From the NCBI GenBank assembly GCA_934643825.1, contig CAKUCW010000003.1, positions 19,320 to 83,319 of the forward strand: DNA of 64,000 nt, given 5' to 3'. Of this stretch, positions 1-9,142 are shown piece after piece. The position numbers and the translations under genes were made by a program. The DNA is from an uncultured Clostridia bacterium (GTDB taxonomy: Bacteria; Bacillota; Clostridia; Christensenellales; Aristaeellaceae). The number at the start of each line of letters is the position of its first letter. Position 1 is the stretch's first letter. A model generated the notes under the pieces. That model had not been told where the DNA came from. It made no database searches and saw nothing but the letters and a program-made list of their open reading frames with translations.

Positions 1-477
1 GATATCCTCGATATCTGGGTTCCATTCATTCAGCGGGTCACAGCGATAAAAGACGGGTTTACCGCCGCACAGATACGCATTATTGCTCCACAGCGAATAG
101 CACGGAGAAGGCAGCAGAATCTCGTCGCCCGTTCCGATCAGCGCGTTCATCAGCATGGACGCCGCTTCACTCACGCCGTTGCAGATAAAGACGTCGTCCG
201 GCATGATGCCCTGCAAGCCGCGCCCGATATGATAGGTGCAGATGACGTTTCTTGCCGCCGCCATGCCGCGCACGTCGCAGTACGGCACGGCTTCATCGAT
301 ATGCAGCGCCAGCGCCTGACGGACGCTGTTGGGCAGCTTAAAGCCAAAACGACCGGGGTTGCCGGTGTTCAGTTTGAGGACATTGATGCCTTCGGATTCC
401 ATCCGCAGCGCCTCCTGATACAGAGGTCCTCGGATATCAGAATGCACGTGATCCAGACGATCAGAGCGTGTTACCAT
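1..477 (-). CDS. Class I/II PLP-dependent aminotransferase, AlaA-like (N-terminal part only; gene runs off the window start)
   Basis: My translation of the minus strand from ATG at 477 gives MVTRSDRLDHVHSDIRGPLYQEALRMESEGINVLKLNTGNPGRFGF...ICNGVSEAASMLMNAL. This is colinear with the N-terminus of E. coli AlaA-type aminotransferases. An AAGGAG RBS lies 9 nt upstream. The ORF is absent from the track because it is open at the window edge. Confidence 0.8.
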   Translation of the reverse strand, partial: MVTRSDRLDHVHSDIRGPLYQEALRMESEGINVLKLNTGNPGRFGFKLPNSVRQALALHIDEAVPYCDVRGMAAARNVICTYHIGRGLQGIMPDDVFICNGVSEAASMLMNALIGTGDEILLPSPCYSLWSNNAYLCGGKPVFYRCDPLNEWNPDIEDI

Positions 478-584
478 TTTTTCTTTCTCCTTTGACCGAA
501 GCGCATTTTCATACGGCATGGTCAGATTGATATCCACCAGAGCCCTTGACGCATTCGGGATAGGTGGTTTGTGTATACCGAATT

Positions 585-613
585 ATTATACCGAACGATT
601 CGCCTAAAATCAA
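585..613 (-). promoter_or_regulatory. Sigma-A type promoter for the aminotransferase gene
   Basis: The minus strand reads TTGATT, a 17-nt spacer, then TATAAT. A 9-nt direct repeat TTCGGTATA (period 13) overlaps the -10 and could be a regulator site. Confidence 0.55.
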
Positions 614-638
614 CATGATTTGACATTTTAACGACGCA

Positions 639-1502
639 TCATTTTTTCCGTTCCGCCCTGCGCCCCATGCGATTGCCCAGAAAACGCGCCGCGCAATTTG
701 CGGCAAAGCAGAAGCATTCGCCGATCCGCCCCTCCCGAACGAGCTGGCGCATCACGTTTTTGACCAGCTTCACGCCTGTTCCCATTTCGCTGATATGTTC
801 AAAGCGATCCTCATACCGCTTCATCGTCTGACCGATGATATAGTTGCGGCGATACTCCTGCCCGAGCGTAAAGCGATGGGAATGATAGACGACCGCCTCG
901 CCGCTGTACGCGATTTGATATCCCGCATGCAGCAGTTTTTCCGCCATCAGCATATCTTCATTCGTCAAAATCGGATGGTCAAACCCACCGACCTCCAAAT
1001 AAGCGCTCTTGCGGTATGCGGCGCATACATCAGAAATGAGAAACGCACGCACCCCCAGCTTTTCGATCTCCGCTCTCCCCCACACGCGGCTCTCCGCGGG
1101 ATAGTTATTGGCGCGGATCAGCCGTTCAAAGGGACGCGCATTCGGATACGCGGTCTGCCGCCCGCCGACCGCCGCAACCCGCGGATTGTCAAACGGCGCA
1201 AGCAGGTTTTTCATGCAATCCCTATTCACCGGCATGGCATCCTGCGTCATAAAGACGACAACATCCGCATCGCATCGGCGAAGCGCCTCATCCCGCGTTC
1301 CGCCATGATCGAAGTCCTGCCGGCGTATCGTTTCGACGCAGACGCCCGGCACGCTCCGCGCACGCTTCACCGTAGCGTCATCCGATTGCGAATCGACGAC
1401 GAGGATCTGCGTCGGCGGCAGGCTTTGAGCCCAAAGCGTTTCGAGCAGCGAAACGATCTGCTTTTCAGCATTGAGCGTCGGAATCACAACCAAATAGCGC
1501 AT
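639..1502 (-). CDS. Glycosyltransferase family 2
   Basis: 287-aa ORF. The N-terminus MRYLVVIPTLNAEKQIVSLLETLW...ILVVDSQSDDAT and a DxD-like FMTQDAMP segment are typical of the GT2/GT-A fold. Confidence 0.85.
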   Translation of the reverse strand: MRYLVVIPTLNAEKQIVSLLETLWAQSLPPTQILVVDSQSDDATVKRARSVPGVCVETIRRQDFDHGGTRDEALRRCDADVVVFMTQDAMPVNRDCMKNLLAPFDNPRVAAVGGRQTAYPNARPFERLIRANNYPAESRVWGRAEIEKLGVRAFLISDVCAAYRKSAYLEVGGFDHPILTNEDMLMAEKLLHAGYQIAYSGEAVVYHSHRFTLGQEYRRNYIIGQTMKRYEDRFEHISEMGTGVKLVKNVMRQLVREGRIGECFCFAANCAARFLGNRMGRRAERKK

Positions 1503-1778
1503 GGCGTTCTGTCTCCCTTGTCCATATCATCGATCAAATCAGTCTCATTATATACATGCACGCGTCGGCATGTCAACCAACGGAGCCCGGCACGGCTTCT
1601 TCGTGCTTTTAGAAAGGCAAAATGAAACGGGCGGTTTTTCTTTACAAATCCGCCGAGCTTTTCTTTTGTTAAATCATCGTAAAATGCGTAAAAAGCGCCT
1701 GCAGCGTCCTTTCTCCTCATAAAATCAGGAAAAAGAGGCAATTCCCAAAAACTTTTCTCATAAATTTTAACTAAAAGC

Positions 1779-1807
1779 TTGATTTTTATGTTAAACCGAT
1801 GTAAAAT
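1779..1807 (+). promoter_or_regulatory. Sigma-A type promoter upstream of the antiporter-mgtC pair
   Basis: TTGATT (1779-1784), an exact 17-nt spacer, then TAAAAT (1802-1807), in an AT-rich intergenic region. Confidence 0.55.
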
Positions 1808-1845
1808 TCAAGTTAAATTATCCGAGAAGAAAGGAATCTTGCAAA

Positions 1846-3291
1846 TTGATCGAATCCATGCAGACCTCGCCGGTTGCGCGGGTCATTATTTCTATTTCGG
1901 CGATGCTTTTCGCAGGCTTCGCGATGACGCGCATCACAAAGCGTCTGCGGCTGCCCAACGTAACGGGCTACATCCTCGCAGGCATCCTGATGGGTCCCTG
2001 CTGCTTTAACCTCATTCCGCAAGAGATCATTTCCGGTACGGACTTTCTTTCGGATATCGCGCTGGCGTTCATCGCGTTCAGCGCGGGCGAGTTTTTTAAA
2101 GTCGATGTGCTGAAGCGCAACGGCGCAAAGGTCATCATCATCACAGTGCTTGAAGCCTGCCTGTCATCGCTGGCTGTCTTCATTCTGGTTTACGGCGTGC
2201 TGCATCTGGAATTGAGCTTCGCCATCGTGCTATCCGCATTGGCTTCGGCAACGGCGCCCGCCTCCACGATGATGACCATCCGGCAGACCGGCGCACACGG
2301 CGACTTCGTCGATACGCTGCTGCAGGTCGTCGCGCTGGATGACGTCGTCGGCTTGATCCTGTACAGCATGGCGATTTCCGTCGCCATCGCTTCCGAAACG
2401 GGCAGCTTGCAGCTTTCTACCGTCATGATGCCCATCTTCGCCAACCTGTGCGTACTGATTCTGGGCGCGGTATTCGGCTGGATTCTCAAGCTCTTCTTCC
2501 GCAAGCGCTCGACGGATAACCGCCTGATCGTTTCCATCGCCATGCTCTTCGCCTTCTGCGGCATCTGCGCCATGGCGGATGTTTCTCCGCTGCTGGGCTG
2601 CATGTCCATGGGCATGACCTACATCAACCTGACGGGCGACGAAAAGCTGTTCCGTCAGCTGGGCTACTGGAGCCCGCCCATCCTGCTGCTGTTCTTCGTC
2701 CGCTCCGGCTTGAACTTCAACCTCGGTGCGCTGACGGATACCCTCGGTGCGGGCGGAAGCGTTCCGCTGGCGCTGGTCGGCATTCTGTATTTCGTCGGAC
2801 GCATCGTCGGCAAATACGCCGGCTCCTATCTCGGCTGTCTGTTTGCGGGCAAGGGCAAAAAGGTTCGCAACAACCTCGGTCTGGCGCTCATCCCTCAGGC
2901 GGGCGTCGCTATCGGTCTGGCTGCCATGGGTGCGCGTACGCTCGGCGGCGAAACCGGTGAAATGCTGGAAACCATCATCCTGGCGTCCAGCGTGCTTTAT
3001 GAGCTGGTTGGACCCGCCTGCGCCAAGCTGGCGCTGTATCTCTCCGGTTCGTATGGCAAAAACGCGCCTGCGGCGGAACCCGCTCAGCCCGATACCCCGA
3101 AGAAGAGCGGTCTGGAAACGCTGATCGAGCGCATGAAATCGATCGAAGAACACCTGCCTGCCCCGGTTGAATCGAGCCTCGAAGAGGAAATCGCCTTTAC
3201 GCAGGCGGCGCAGGAACAATATGATTTGGCACAGTTTTATCACAACCGCCGCTTCAAGGGCGGCAGATCGACAGGAGGACTTCACGCATGA
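1846..3291 (+). CDS. Cation:proton antiporter (Na+/H+ exchanger / Kef-like CPA family) with hydrophilic C-terminal tail
   Basis: 481-aa polytopic ORF. LPNVTGYILAGILMGP near the N-terminus is a typical CPA signature. The start is uncertain (TTG at 1846 or ATG at 1858). Confidence 0.85.
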   Translation: MIESMQTSPVARVIISISAMLFAGFAMTRITKRLRLPNVTGYILAGILMGPCCFNLIPQEIISGTDFLSDIALAFIAFSAGEFFKVDVLKRNGAKVIIITVLEACLSSLAVFILVYGVLHLELSFAIVLSALASATAPASTMMTIRQTGAHGDFVDTLLQVVALDDVVGLILYSMAISVAIASETGSLQLSTVMMPIFANLCVLILGAVFGWILKLFFRKRSTDNRLIVSIAMLFAFCGICAMADVSPLLGCMSMGMTYINLTGDEKLFRQLGYWSPPILLLFFVRSGLNFNLGALTDTLGAGGSVPLALVGILYFVGRIVGKYAGSYLGCLFAGKGKKVRNNLGLALIPQAGVAIGLAAMGARTLGGETGEMLETIILASSVLYELVGPACAKLALYLSGSYGKNAPAAEPAQPDTPKKSGLETLIERMKSIEEHLPAPVESSLEEEIAFTQAAQEQYDLAQFYHNRRFKGGRSTGGLHA

Positions 3292-4001
3292 ACATGAACG
3301 ACCCAATTGCAACGCTGCTGGGCAGCTGGGCAGCCGAACTCAACATCTACTCCATTCTGCTCAGGGTTGCCATTTCCGTTGTATTTGCCGCTATCATCGG
3401 CTGTGAACGCGCAAGCAAGCGCCATGCCGCCGGTCAGCGTACGTTTATCCTCGTTTCTCTGGCTTCCACGATGGCGATGATGCTGGATAAGAGCTTCTCC
3501 CCTTCCAATCCTCAAATCATTTCCGCTGCGGCGGTCATCGCAATCGCCATCATCAGCAGCAACTCCATCCTTTACAGCTCCAAGAACCAGATCAAGGGTC
3601 TGACGACCTCCGTCGCGCTCTGGGCTTGCAGCATCATCGGTCTGACCATCGGCGCGGGCCTGTATACCGTGTCCGTCATCGGCTATGCCGCGCTGATGTG
3701 CTGTCTGGCGCTGTTCCCGACGTTTGAGATCGACCTGAAGAACCGCTCGAATCACTTCGAGATTCATCTGGAGCTGAAGAACCGTGAAGACCTCCAGCGC
3801 TTCATCACCACCATGCGTACCCTCGGGCTGAAGATCGACGACATCGAAGCCAACCCTGCTTACATCAACTCCGGTCTGAGCGTCTTCTCCGTTTCCCTGA
3901 CCGTCCGCCAGAAGGACAGAGCCAAGTACCGCAGCCATCGCGAGATGATCGACGCGATCAACACGCTCGACTTCGTCTACTACGCCGAGGAAATCGACTA
4001 A
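3288..4001 (+). CDS. MgtC/SapB family membrane protein
   Basis: 237 aa. LLRVAISVVFAAIIGCERASKRHAAGQRTFILVSLAS matches the MgtC N-terminal domain, followed by an ACT-like C-terminal domain. The ATGA start overlaps the antiporter stop. Confidence 0.85.
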   Translation: MNMNDPIATLLGSWAAELNIYSILLRVAISVVFAAIIGCERASKRHAAGQRTFILVSLASTMAMMLDKSFSPSNPQIISAAAVIAIAIISSNSILYSSKNQIKGLTTSVALWACSIIGLTIGAGLYTVSVIGYAALMCCLALFPTFEIDLKNRSNHFEIHLELKNREDLQRFITTMRTLGLKIDDIEANPAYINSGLSVFSVSLTVRQKDRAKYRSHREMIDAINTLDFVYYAEEID

Positions 4002-4062
4002 GCTTTTCCCCGTTCCGGTATGGATTTCCGACGCTTCCTGTGGTATCACACTGAATAAGCCG

Positions 4063-4129
4063 TCATGCAGATTTTTTCCAGCCTTATGCCTACGGCAGAA
4101 GGACCCGGAAAGGTCTGCATGATTTTTTT
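4063..4129 (+). terminator. Rho-independent terminator candidate after mgtC
   Basis: TCATGCAGA (4063-4071) pairs with TCTGCATGA (4114-4122) around a long, partly paired loop. A run of 7 T follows. Confidence 0.5.
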
Positions 4130-4165
4130 GCATGAAACCACAAAGCTCACGGGGAGGTCACGCGC

Positions 4166-4729
4166 ATGAAAATTTGGATCGTCGAAGACGAAGCTCCTCA
4201 GCGAATGCTGCTCTGCGACCTCGTTCGTCAGGCATGCGGCAAGCACGGCGTAAAAGCCGATATCGTTGCGCTCGAGAGCGGCGAAGCGCTGACGAATGCC
4301 TATCAGTCCGGCGCCGATCTGCTTCTTCTGGATATCGATATGCCCGGCATCAACGGCATGGATGCCGCGCACATCATCCGCCAGAAAGACGAGCGCGTGT
4401 TGATCGCCTTCTGCACCAATCTGGTTTCCCGCGCCTTGGACGGGTATGCCGTTGCCGCGATGGATTTTCTGGTGAAGCCCGTCACGGCGGCTCGCATTGA
4501 CGAGCTGCTTGACAAGGTCTTCCATCGGCTCAGCGTCGCCGCACCCGTCACCCTCACCCTGCATACGCAGGACAGCACCAATACCCCGATTTCCGGTCTG
4601 TACGCCACCGGCAACAACGTTTCCGGCTTGAGCATTGCGGCTTATGTGAATATCGAAGGCACCGGTCTGGGCTTCGCGCTGACCAGCGGCCGTCTGGCGG
4701 GCGCAAACGCCGCCGCGACCATCCAGTAA
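4166..4729 (+). CDS. Chimeric ORF: CheY-like receiver domain (LytTR-type regulator N-terminus) fused to a C-terminal remnant of an FAD-dependent oxidoreductase; probably a gene-fusion fossil
   Basis: Residues 1 to about 125 form a complete receiver (EDE, LLLLDIDMPG, FLVKP). The tail ISGLYATGNNVSGLSIAAYVNIEGTGLGFALTSGRLAGANAAATIQ looks like the extreme C-terminus of fumarate-reductase/KstD-like flavoproteins. There is no DNA-binding domain. Confidence 0.6.
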   Translation: MKIWIVEDEAPQRMLLCDLVRQACGKHGVKADIVALESGEALTNAYQSGADLLLLDIDMPGINGMDAAHIIRQKDERVLIAFCTNLVSRALDGYAVAAMDFLVKPVTAARIDELLDKVFHRLSVAAPVTLTLHTQDSTNTPISGLYATGNNVSGLSIAAYVNIEGTGLGFALTSGRLAGANAAATIQ

Positions 4730-4745
4730 TCAAATCGTTCCAAAA

Positions 4746-4774
4746 CGTCGTCGCTTCTGCGGCGGCGTTTTTTT
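4746..4774 (+). terminator. Rho-independent terminator
   Basis: CGTCGTCGC-TTCT-GCGGCGGCG stem (two G-U pairs) followed by 7 T. Confidence 0.7.
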
Positions 4775-4927
4775 CATGCACGGAGGATTACATAAAGCCT
4801 GCCCGCGTGCGCCAATCTTCAGCATTTCACTGACTTGGGCGGAAGTGCGGGCGGACTCAGCCCGCAAAAAGCCGCCCGCTTTCCTCCTTTTAAGAAGAAA
4901 ACGGGCGGCTCGTGGCTGCTACATGAT

Positions 4928-5479
4928 TCAGTTCTTCGCCTTGGCGAGCAATGCCTCGTGAACACCGGAAACCATGTCCAGCGTCTGATCCTTGCTGTAA
5001 GACGTGCGTCCCGACGCCTGCATCGACGCCAGACCATGCACGAAGATGTACAGCTCCTCGCTCACTGTCTTCGCCTTGTCCTTGTCCAGACCGGACTGCG
5101 CGGCTTCCGCCTCGACAATCGGGTCGCGGACGAGCAGATTGCCAAACGTCGTCATGCCGCCGTCGGCATTCATGAACATATGAGCGAAAAGATGCGGCTG
5201 CTCATTGGCAAAACGGATATACGCTTCGCAGCTGCTCTCAAGCACATGATCTTTATCGTAATTCTGCGCCGCCACCTGCTCAAATTCGTCGTGAGCCTTC
5301 TGGTTGAGCGCATTTTTCAGGTCATCCATGCCCGAGAAATAACTGAAGATCGGCTGCGTGGAGCAATTCAGCGCTTTCGCAACAGAGCGTGCGTTGACAG
5401 CTCTCATGCCCTCCTGGCAAAACATCGCAAACGATCTCTCCAAAATCATCTCTCGAGTGATCCTCTGTTTGGGTGGCAT
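4928..5479 (-). CDS. TetR/AcrR family transcriptional regulator
   Basis: 183 aa. The N-terminal HTH REMILERSFAMFCQEGMRAVNARSVAKALNCSTQPIFSYF is typical of TetR_N. Confidence 0.85.
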   Translation of the reverse strand: MPPKQRITREMILERSFAMFCQEGMRAVNARSVAKALNCSTQPIFSYFSGMDDLKNALNQKAHDEFEQVAAQNYDKDHVLESSCEAYIRFANEQPHLFAHMFMNADGGMTTFGNLLVRDPIVEAEAAQSGLDKDKAKTVSEELYIFVHGLASMQASGRTSYSKDQTLDMVSGVHEALLAKAKN

Positions 5480-5597
5480 AATTACACTTCCTGTCGTTTT
5501 TTAAAGAATTTTGATTTATGGTAACATATTCTTTTTGTTTCGTCAACAGTGCCGATTCCACCGCTCAGCCCCGAATTTCCATTATGAATCATCATGT

Positions 5598-5623
5598 TTT
5601 GTACACAATTTTTTGTGTGCAAA
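5598..5623. promoter_or_regulatory. Candidate TetR operator palindrome
   Basis: TTTGTACACAA-TTTT-TTGTGTGCAAA, with 11-bp arms and one mismatch. It lies in the AT-rich divergent region next to the tetR start. Confidence 0.4.
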
Positions 5624-5850
5624 CGCTTGTTTTTATTGATTTTTTTGACACGAATTTCGGCGATTTTGACTCAAAAAATTCTCAAAAAACGGGCAATGAA
5701 AAATTTTTTCACGCTCATAAAAATATTTATTTTACAAAATACGGCCGTCATCTTTCGTCCTTTCTACAACGGATGCCCTGTTTTCCCTTCAAAAATTCCA
5801 TACTTGATATTCAATATTCCTTTTGCTGCCCGCTTTCCTTTTTCAGCCGG

Positions 5851-5879
5851 TTGCGCATCTTGCCCCTTCGTGATACAAT
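5851..5879 (+). promoter_or_regulatory. Sigma-A type promoter for the secreted-protein gene
   Basis: TTGCGC, 17 nt, then TACAAT preceded by TGa (extended -10). It lies about 38 nt upstream of the ATG at 5917. Confidence 0.5.
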
Positions 5880-5916
5880 GAGGCTTAACAACGCAAACAT
5901 TGTGAGGTTACCGATT

Positions 5917-6705
5917 ATGAAACGTCTTTTCGCGTTCTTTCTTTTCCTGCTTCTTCTCCCCTGCGCGGCGCTGGGCGAATCGCTCTCGCTCGATGACCTG
6001 AGCGACGCGCCGGAGGTGCAGACTATCGACTATATCCCCGACACGCAGGACGCCGCCGTAACGGGCGACAGCGCCGCACGCGAGGATTGGATCGACCGCA
6101 TCATTGCGCTCGCGCAGACGCTTTATACGCAGGCAAACGGACGCGCCCAGCGTGCGCAGTACAGCGGCGACATCTACGTCTGCAAGAACTTCACCGTTCA
6201 TCTCTTCCGCGAAACCTGCGGGGATTTCCGCATGGCGGAGTATCCCGATGTACCGCTCGTCATCCCCAACAACCAGACGAAAGCGGACTGTGCGCCCTAT
6301 GTCTACGGCGTAGAATGGCAGGATATCCCCGCCAGCGAGGGCAATCCGTTTTACGCGGCGGCAACTTTCCGCTATGACGACAGCCTGAGCAAGGAAGAAA
6401 ACCGCGAAAAGGCTCGCGAGTTTCTCCGGCAGGTCAAGCGCGGCGATTACTTCCAGATGGCGGCGAATTACTACTACGGCGTCGGCGCACACAGCATGAT
6501 CTTCATCGCCGATTACGACCCACAGACGGATACCGTTCACTGGGCAGATTCCAACATGAAGGGAAAGAGCGTAAGCGGCGTTCGCTACGCCTACGTTCAG
6601 TTTGACGCAGAAAAGAACATCGACTGGTTTGTCGATGCGTTTTGCCGAAAGAAATACGGCGCAACGATCTATCGTCTGCGCGATGACATCATCTACGCAA
6701 ACTAA
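5917..6705 (+). CDS. Secreted hypothetical protein (signal peptide)
   Basis: An internal ATG follows a GTGAGG RBS. MKRLFAFFLFLLLLPCAALGESL is a signal peptide. The track ORF start at 5518 would add about 130 aa of AT-rich non-coding-looking sequence. Confidence 0.65.
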   Translation: MKRLFAFFLFLLLLPCAALGESLSLDDLSDAPEVQTIDYIPDTQDAAVTGDSAAREDWIDRIIALAQTLYTQANGRAQRAQYSGDIYVCKNFTVHLFRETCGDFRMAEYPDVPLVIPNNQTKADCAPYVYGVEWQDIPASEGNPFYAAATFRYDDSLSKEENREKAREFLRQVKRGDYFQMAANYYYGVGAHSMIFIADYDPQTDTVHWADSNMKGKSVSGVRYAYVQFDAEKNIDWFVDAFCRKKYGATIYRLRDDIIYAN

Positions 6706-6796
6706 ATGGGCTGAGCCCATCTTCACTTCCGCCGAAATAATTCAAAAAAGAGGTCTGGGACAATTCCCAAACCTCTTTTTTTCTTTAGCGGATGAC

Positions 6797-7966
6797 TCAT
6801 TCCGTATAGCTATGCTCCAGCGTTGCAACGCAGCAATACCCCGGGTATTCCTTCTCCATTTCCGAGGCGATTCGCCGCTGAATCTCCGCCTCGCTCAGCT
6901 TCACATCAAACGGCACAATGCAGTCAAACACGACATTCACCCGCAGCTTGCCCGGCACAATGCGCAGATCATGGATCGTCATCTTCGGATCAATGTCCCT
7001 GCAAATCGCGCTGACCGCTTCCTTCAGCGCAGGCACACGCGGGTCGTCCGTCGCAATCGGGTCATAATGTACGACCAGATGCAGCTTTTCGTCCTTCAAG
7101 AAGTCCCGCTCAATGGCGTCGAGGATATCATGGCTGGCAATCGGATCTTCCCGGGCAGACATTTCCACATGCACGCTGGCGAACTGCCGCCCCGGACCGT
7201 AATCGTGAATCATCAAATCATGCACACCCAGCACGCCCGGATACGCCATAATCTTATCCCGGATATGGCGCACGGTTTCCGGCGAAGGCGCTTTGCCGAG
7301 CAGCGGATCGAGCGTGTCCCTGACCAGCGAAAAGCCGCTGACCAGAATAAACACCGCGACTGCCGCGCCGACATAGCCATCCAAATCAAGTCCTGTTTTC
7401 TTCGCCAAGATTGTGCAGATCAATACCGCGCTGGTCGTAATCACGTCGTTTCGGCTGTCGCTCGCCGTCGCCTCCAGCGTGGTCGAACTGATCCGCCTGC
7501 CGATATTTCGATTAAAGAACATCATCCAGAGCTTCACCAAGATGGATGCCGCCAGAATGAGGACGGTCAGCAGGCTGAACGCCACCGGCTCAGGCGAAAA
7601 AATCTTCTGCACGCTGCTCTTGAGCAGTTCAACGCCGATGGCGAGAATCATCACCGCGACCATCAGTCCGGAGAGGTATTCATACCGTCCGTGTCCGTAG
7701 GGATGTTCGGCGTCCGCGGGCTTATCCGCCAGCTTAAAACCGATCAGGCTGATCAGGCTCGATGACGCATCCGACAGGTTATTGACCGCGTCCGCCATGA
7801 CCGCGACCGAGCCGCTGAGCAATCCCGCCAGCAGCTTTCCCGCAAACAAAAGCACATTGCAGCTTATTCCGACGATACTCGCCGTCATGCCGTATGCGCC
7901 GCGCACGCGCTCATCCTTCACGTTTTCATAATCCGGTATCCGTTTGACAATAGCATCCGTCAACAT
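6797..7966 (-). CDS. Cation diffusion facilitator (CDF) family metal efflux transporter
   Basis: 389 aa. SVAVMADAVNNLSDASSSLISL...HPYGHGRYEYLSG is the CDF signature. A C-terminal cytoplasmic domain is present. Confidence 0.9.
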   Translation of the reverse strand: MLTDAIVKRIPDYENVKDERVRGAYGMTASIVGISCNVLLFAGKLLAGLLSGSVAVMADAVNNLSDASSSLISLIGFKLADKPADAEHPYGHGRYEYLSGLMVAVMILAIGVELLKSSVQKIFSPEPVAFSLLTVLILAASILVKLWMMFFNRNIGRRISSTTLEATASDSRNDVITTSAVLICTILAKKTGLDLDGYVGAAVAVFILVSGFSLVRDTLDPLLGKAPSPETVRHIRDKIMAYPGVLGVHDLMIHDYGPGRQFASVHVEMSAREDPIASHDILDAIERDFLKDEKLHLVVHYDPIATDDPRVPALKEAVSAICRDIDPKMTIHDLRIVPGKLRVNVVFDCIVPFDVKLSEAEIQRRIASEMEKEYPGYCCVATLEHSYTE

Positions 7967-8268
7967 GAAACAAACACTTCCTTATCCCCGCCGCGGCAGA
8001 GCGCTCGCCATGGATCGGAACATTCCGCCCGGCTGAATAAACGCCTTTTATCCATCCGCATTTTGCCGATGGATTTTTCTTTTCGCCGCGGTTTTCATTG
8101 TACTCCGGGGAGAATCAAGCGTCCGCCCCTACCATAATGGCTATTTTGTATCATATTCGCCGTCTTTCCGGTTTTTCCTTCCATGTTAGTAGAACCTATT
8201 TTAAATCAATCAGAAGGTTTTCGGGCATTGACGACGGATAGAAATGGGTCAACGGTGCATTTTGTATT

Positions 8269-8297
8269 AAAAACAGCCCTGCTTAGAAACGGGGCTG
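8269..8297 (-). terminator. Rho-independent terminator after the methyltransferase gene
   Basis: The minus strand reads CAGCCC-cgtttctaagca-GGGCTG followed by TTTTT. Confidence 0.55.
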
Positions 8298-8401
8298 TGG
8301 AAAAAAGCGGTGTGATCTATCTATGTGGGAACAGCCCCACTTGCAAATTAAAGCAGCAATCCAAAAGTGATCGTTCGAGCAAGCCGAACTTGATCGTCCG
8401 C

Positions 8402-9142
8402 TCATGATTTTCTTGCTTTTATCAGTAAAAAATCCGGTTTATGAAGCAAATCCTTGTAATGCGGATACTTTTCAAGCAGTTCATCCGTCGGCAGCGGCTC
8501 GATCATTTTTTCAATCGTAAAGCCTTCTTCTATCAAAGTATTCACGATCGTAGAGAATGTTCGATGATACTTTTTAACGTTCTCAATAAACCACTCCGAT
8601 TCTCTTTCTCCTTCAACGCTGTAATACGCAAGGTTTAAATGCACTTTATTTCCATTTTCATCCTTCGTCCATCGGTTGCCGCCCGAATGGCATGTGCATA
8701 ATGGATTTTCTTGCGAGAAAATAAGCACGCCTTTCTCCTCCAGCAAGTTATGCACATCTCGGATTACTCCCCTAAAATCCTCAACATAATGAAACGCCAG
8801 TGAACTGACCACAACATCAAACGTTTCCTGTAACTGCGCTATTTCCTCCATCGGCATATGAATATATCTTATTTTTGAATCAGAATTTTCAGTCCTTGCC
8901 ACTTCCAGCATCTTCTGAGATATGTCAATCCCAACGACTTTTTCTGCTCCATAATCAACGATCTTTTTACAATGCTCTCCGAATCCGCATCCCAAATCCA
9001 GAACTCTTTTTCCTTTCAATTCGGGCATCATGGAAAACAACGCAGGAATTTCAAACAAATTGTTTGCGTTGACCTGATTATCCCTTATTTTCTTATACCC
9101 TGAAAAAAACACTTCATCGTCGTATATATTCTGCCGAGCCAT
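8402..9142 (-). CDS. Class I SAM-dependent methyltransferase (low-GC gene)
   Basis: 246 aa with the SAM motif I VLDLGCGFGEHC. The gene and its flanks are visibly AT-richer than the neighbours. Confidence 0.85.
   Translation of the reverse strand: MARQNIYDDEVFFSGYKKIRDNQVNANNLFEIPALFSMMPELKGKRVLDLGCGFGEHCKKIVDYGAEKVVGIDISQKMLEVARTENSDSKIRYIHMPMEEIAQLQETFDVVVSSLAFHYVEDFRGVIRDVHNLLEEKGVLIFSQENPLCTCHSGGNRWTKDENGNKVHLNLAYYSVEGERESEWFIENVKKYHRTFSTIVNTLIEEGFTIEKMIEPLPTDELLEKYPHYKDLLHKPDFLLIKARKS

Noticed and set aside
795-1625. Long ORFs antisense to or overlapping convincing genes throughout the window. Examples are 795..1625, 2230..3312, 3282..4133, 5908..6726, 6602..7765, 9747..11093, 11797..13425, 13125..14492, 14539..15660, 17745..18887, 18701..20182, 20169..21536, 24871..25962, 27003..28025, 30578..32260, 39500..40780, 41886..43070, 44590..45609, 49577..50863, 51157..52497, 52702..54708, 56322..57524, 57436..58374 and 61873..62994.
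   Set aside because: - Each lies opposite or out of frame to an ORF with clear family motifs.
- Their translations are Arg/Ala/Gly/His-rich low-complexity sequence, typical of antisense frames in high-GC DNA.
- They lack plausible RBSs.
5518-5916. N-terminal 133-aa extension of ORF 5518..6705.
   Set aside because: - The region is AT-rich, with a Phe/Ile/Lys-rich translation.
- It contains a promoter-like element at 5851-5879.
- A signal peptide with a proper RBS starts at 5917.
7967-8180. Metal-sensing riboswitch (czcD/NiCo-type) in the roughly 210-nt leader of the CDF transporter gene.
   Set aside because: - I can see only generic hairpins (for example TCCATC-ggcaaaatgc-GATGGA) and a GGGCGGAA string.
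- I cannot match the four-helix NiCo consensus from memory.
- A cmsearch with the Rfam NiCo model is needed before any claim.
8183-8407. 74-aa ORF in the low-GC gap next to the methyltransferase gene.
   Set aside because: It has no RBS, it spans the terminator hairpin of the methyltransferase gene, and I recognise no family.
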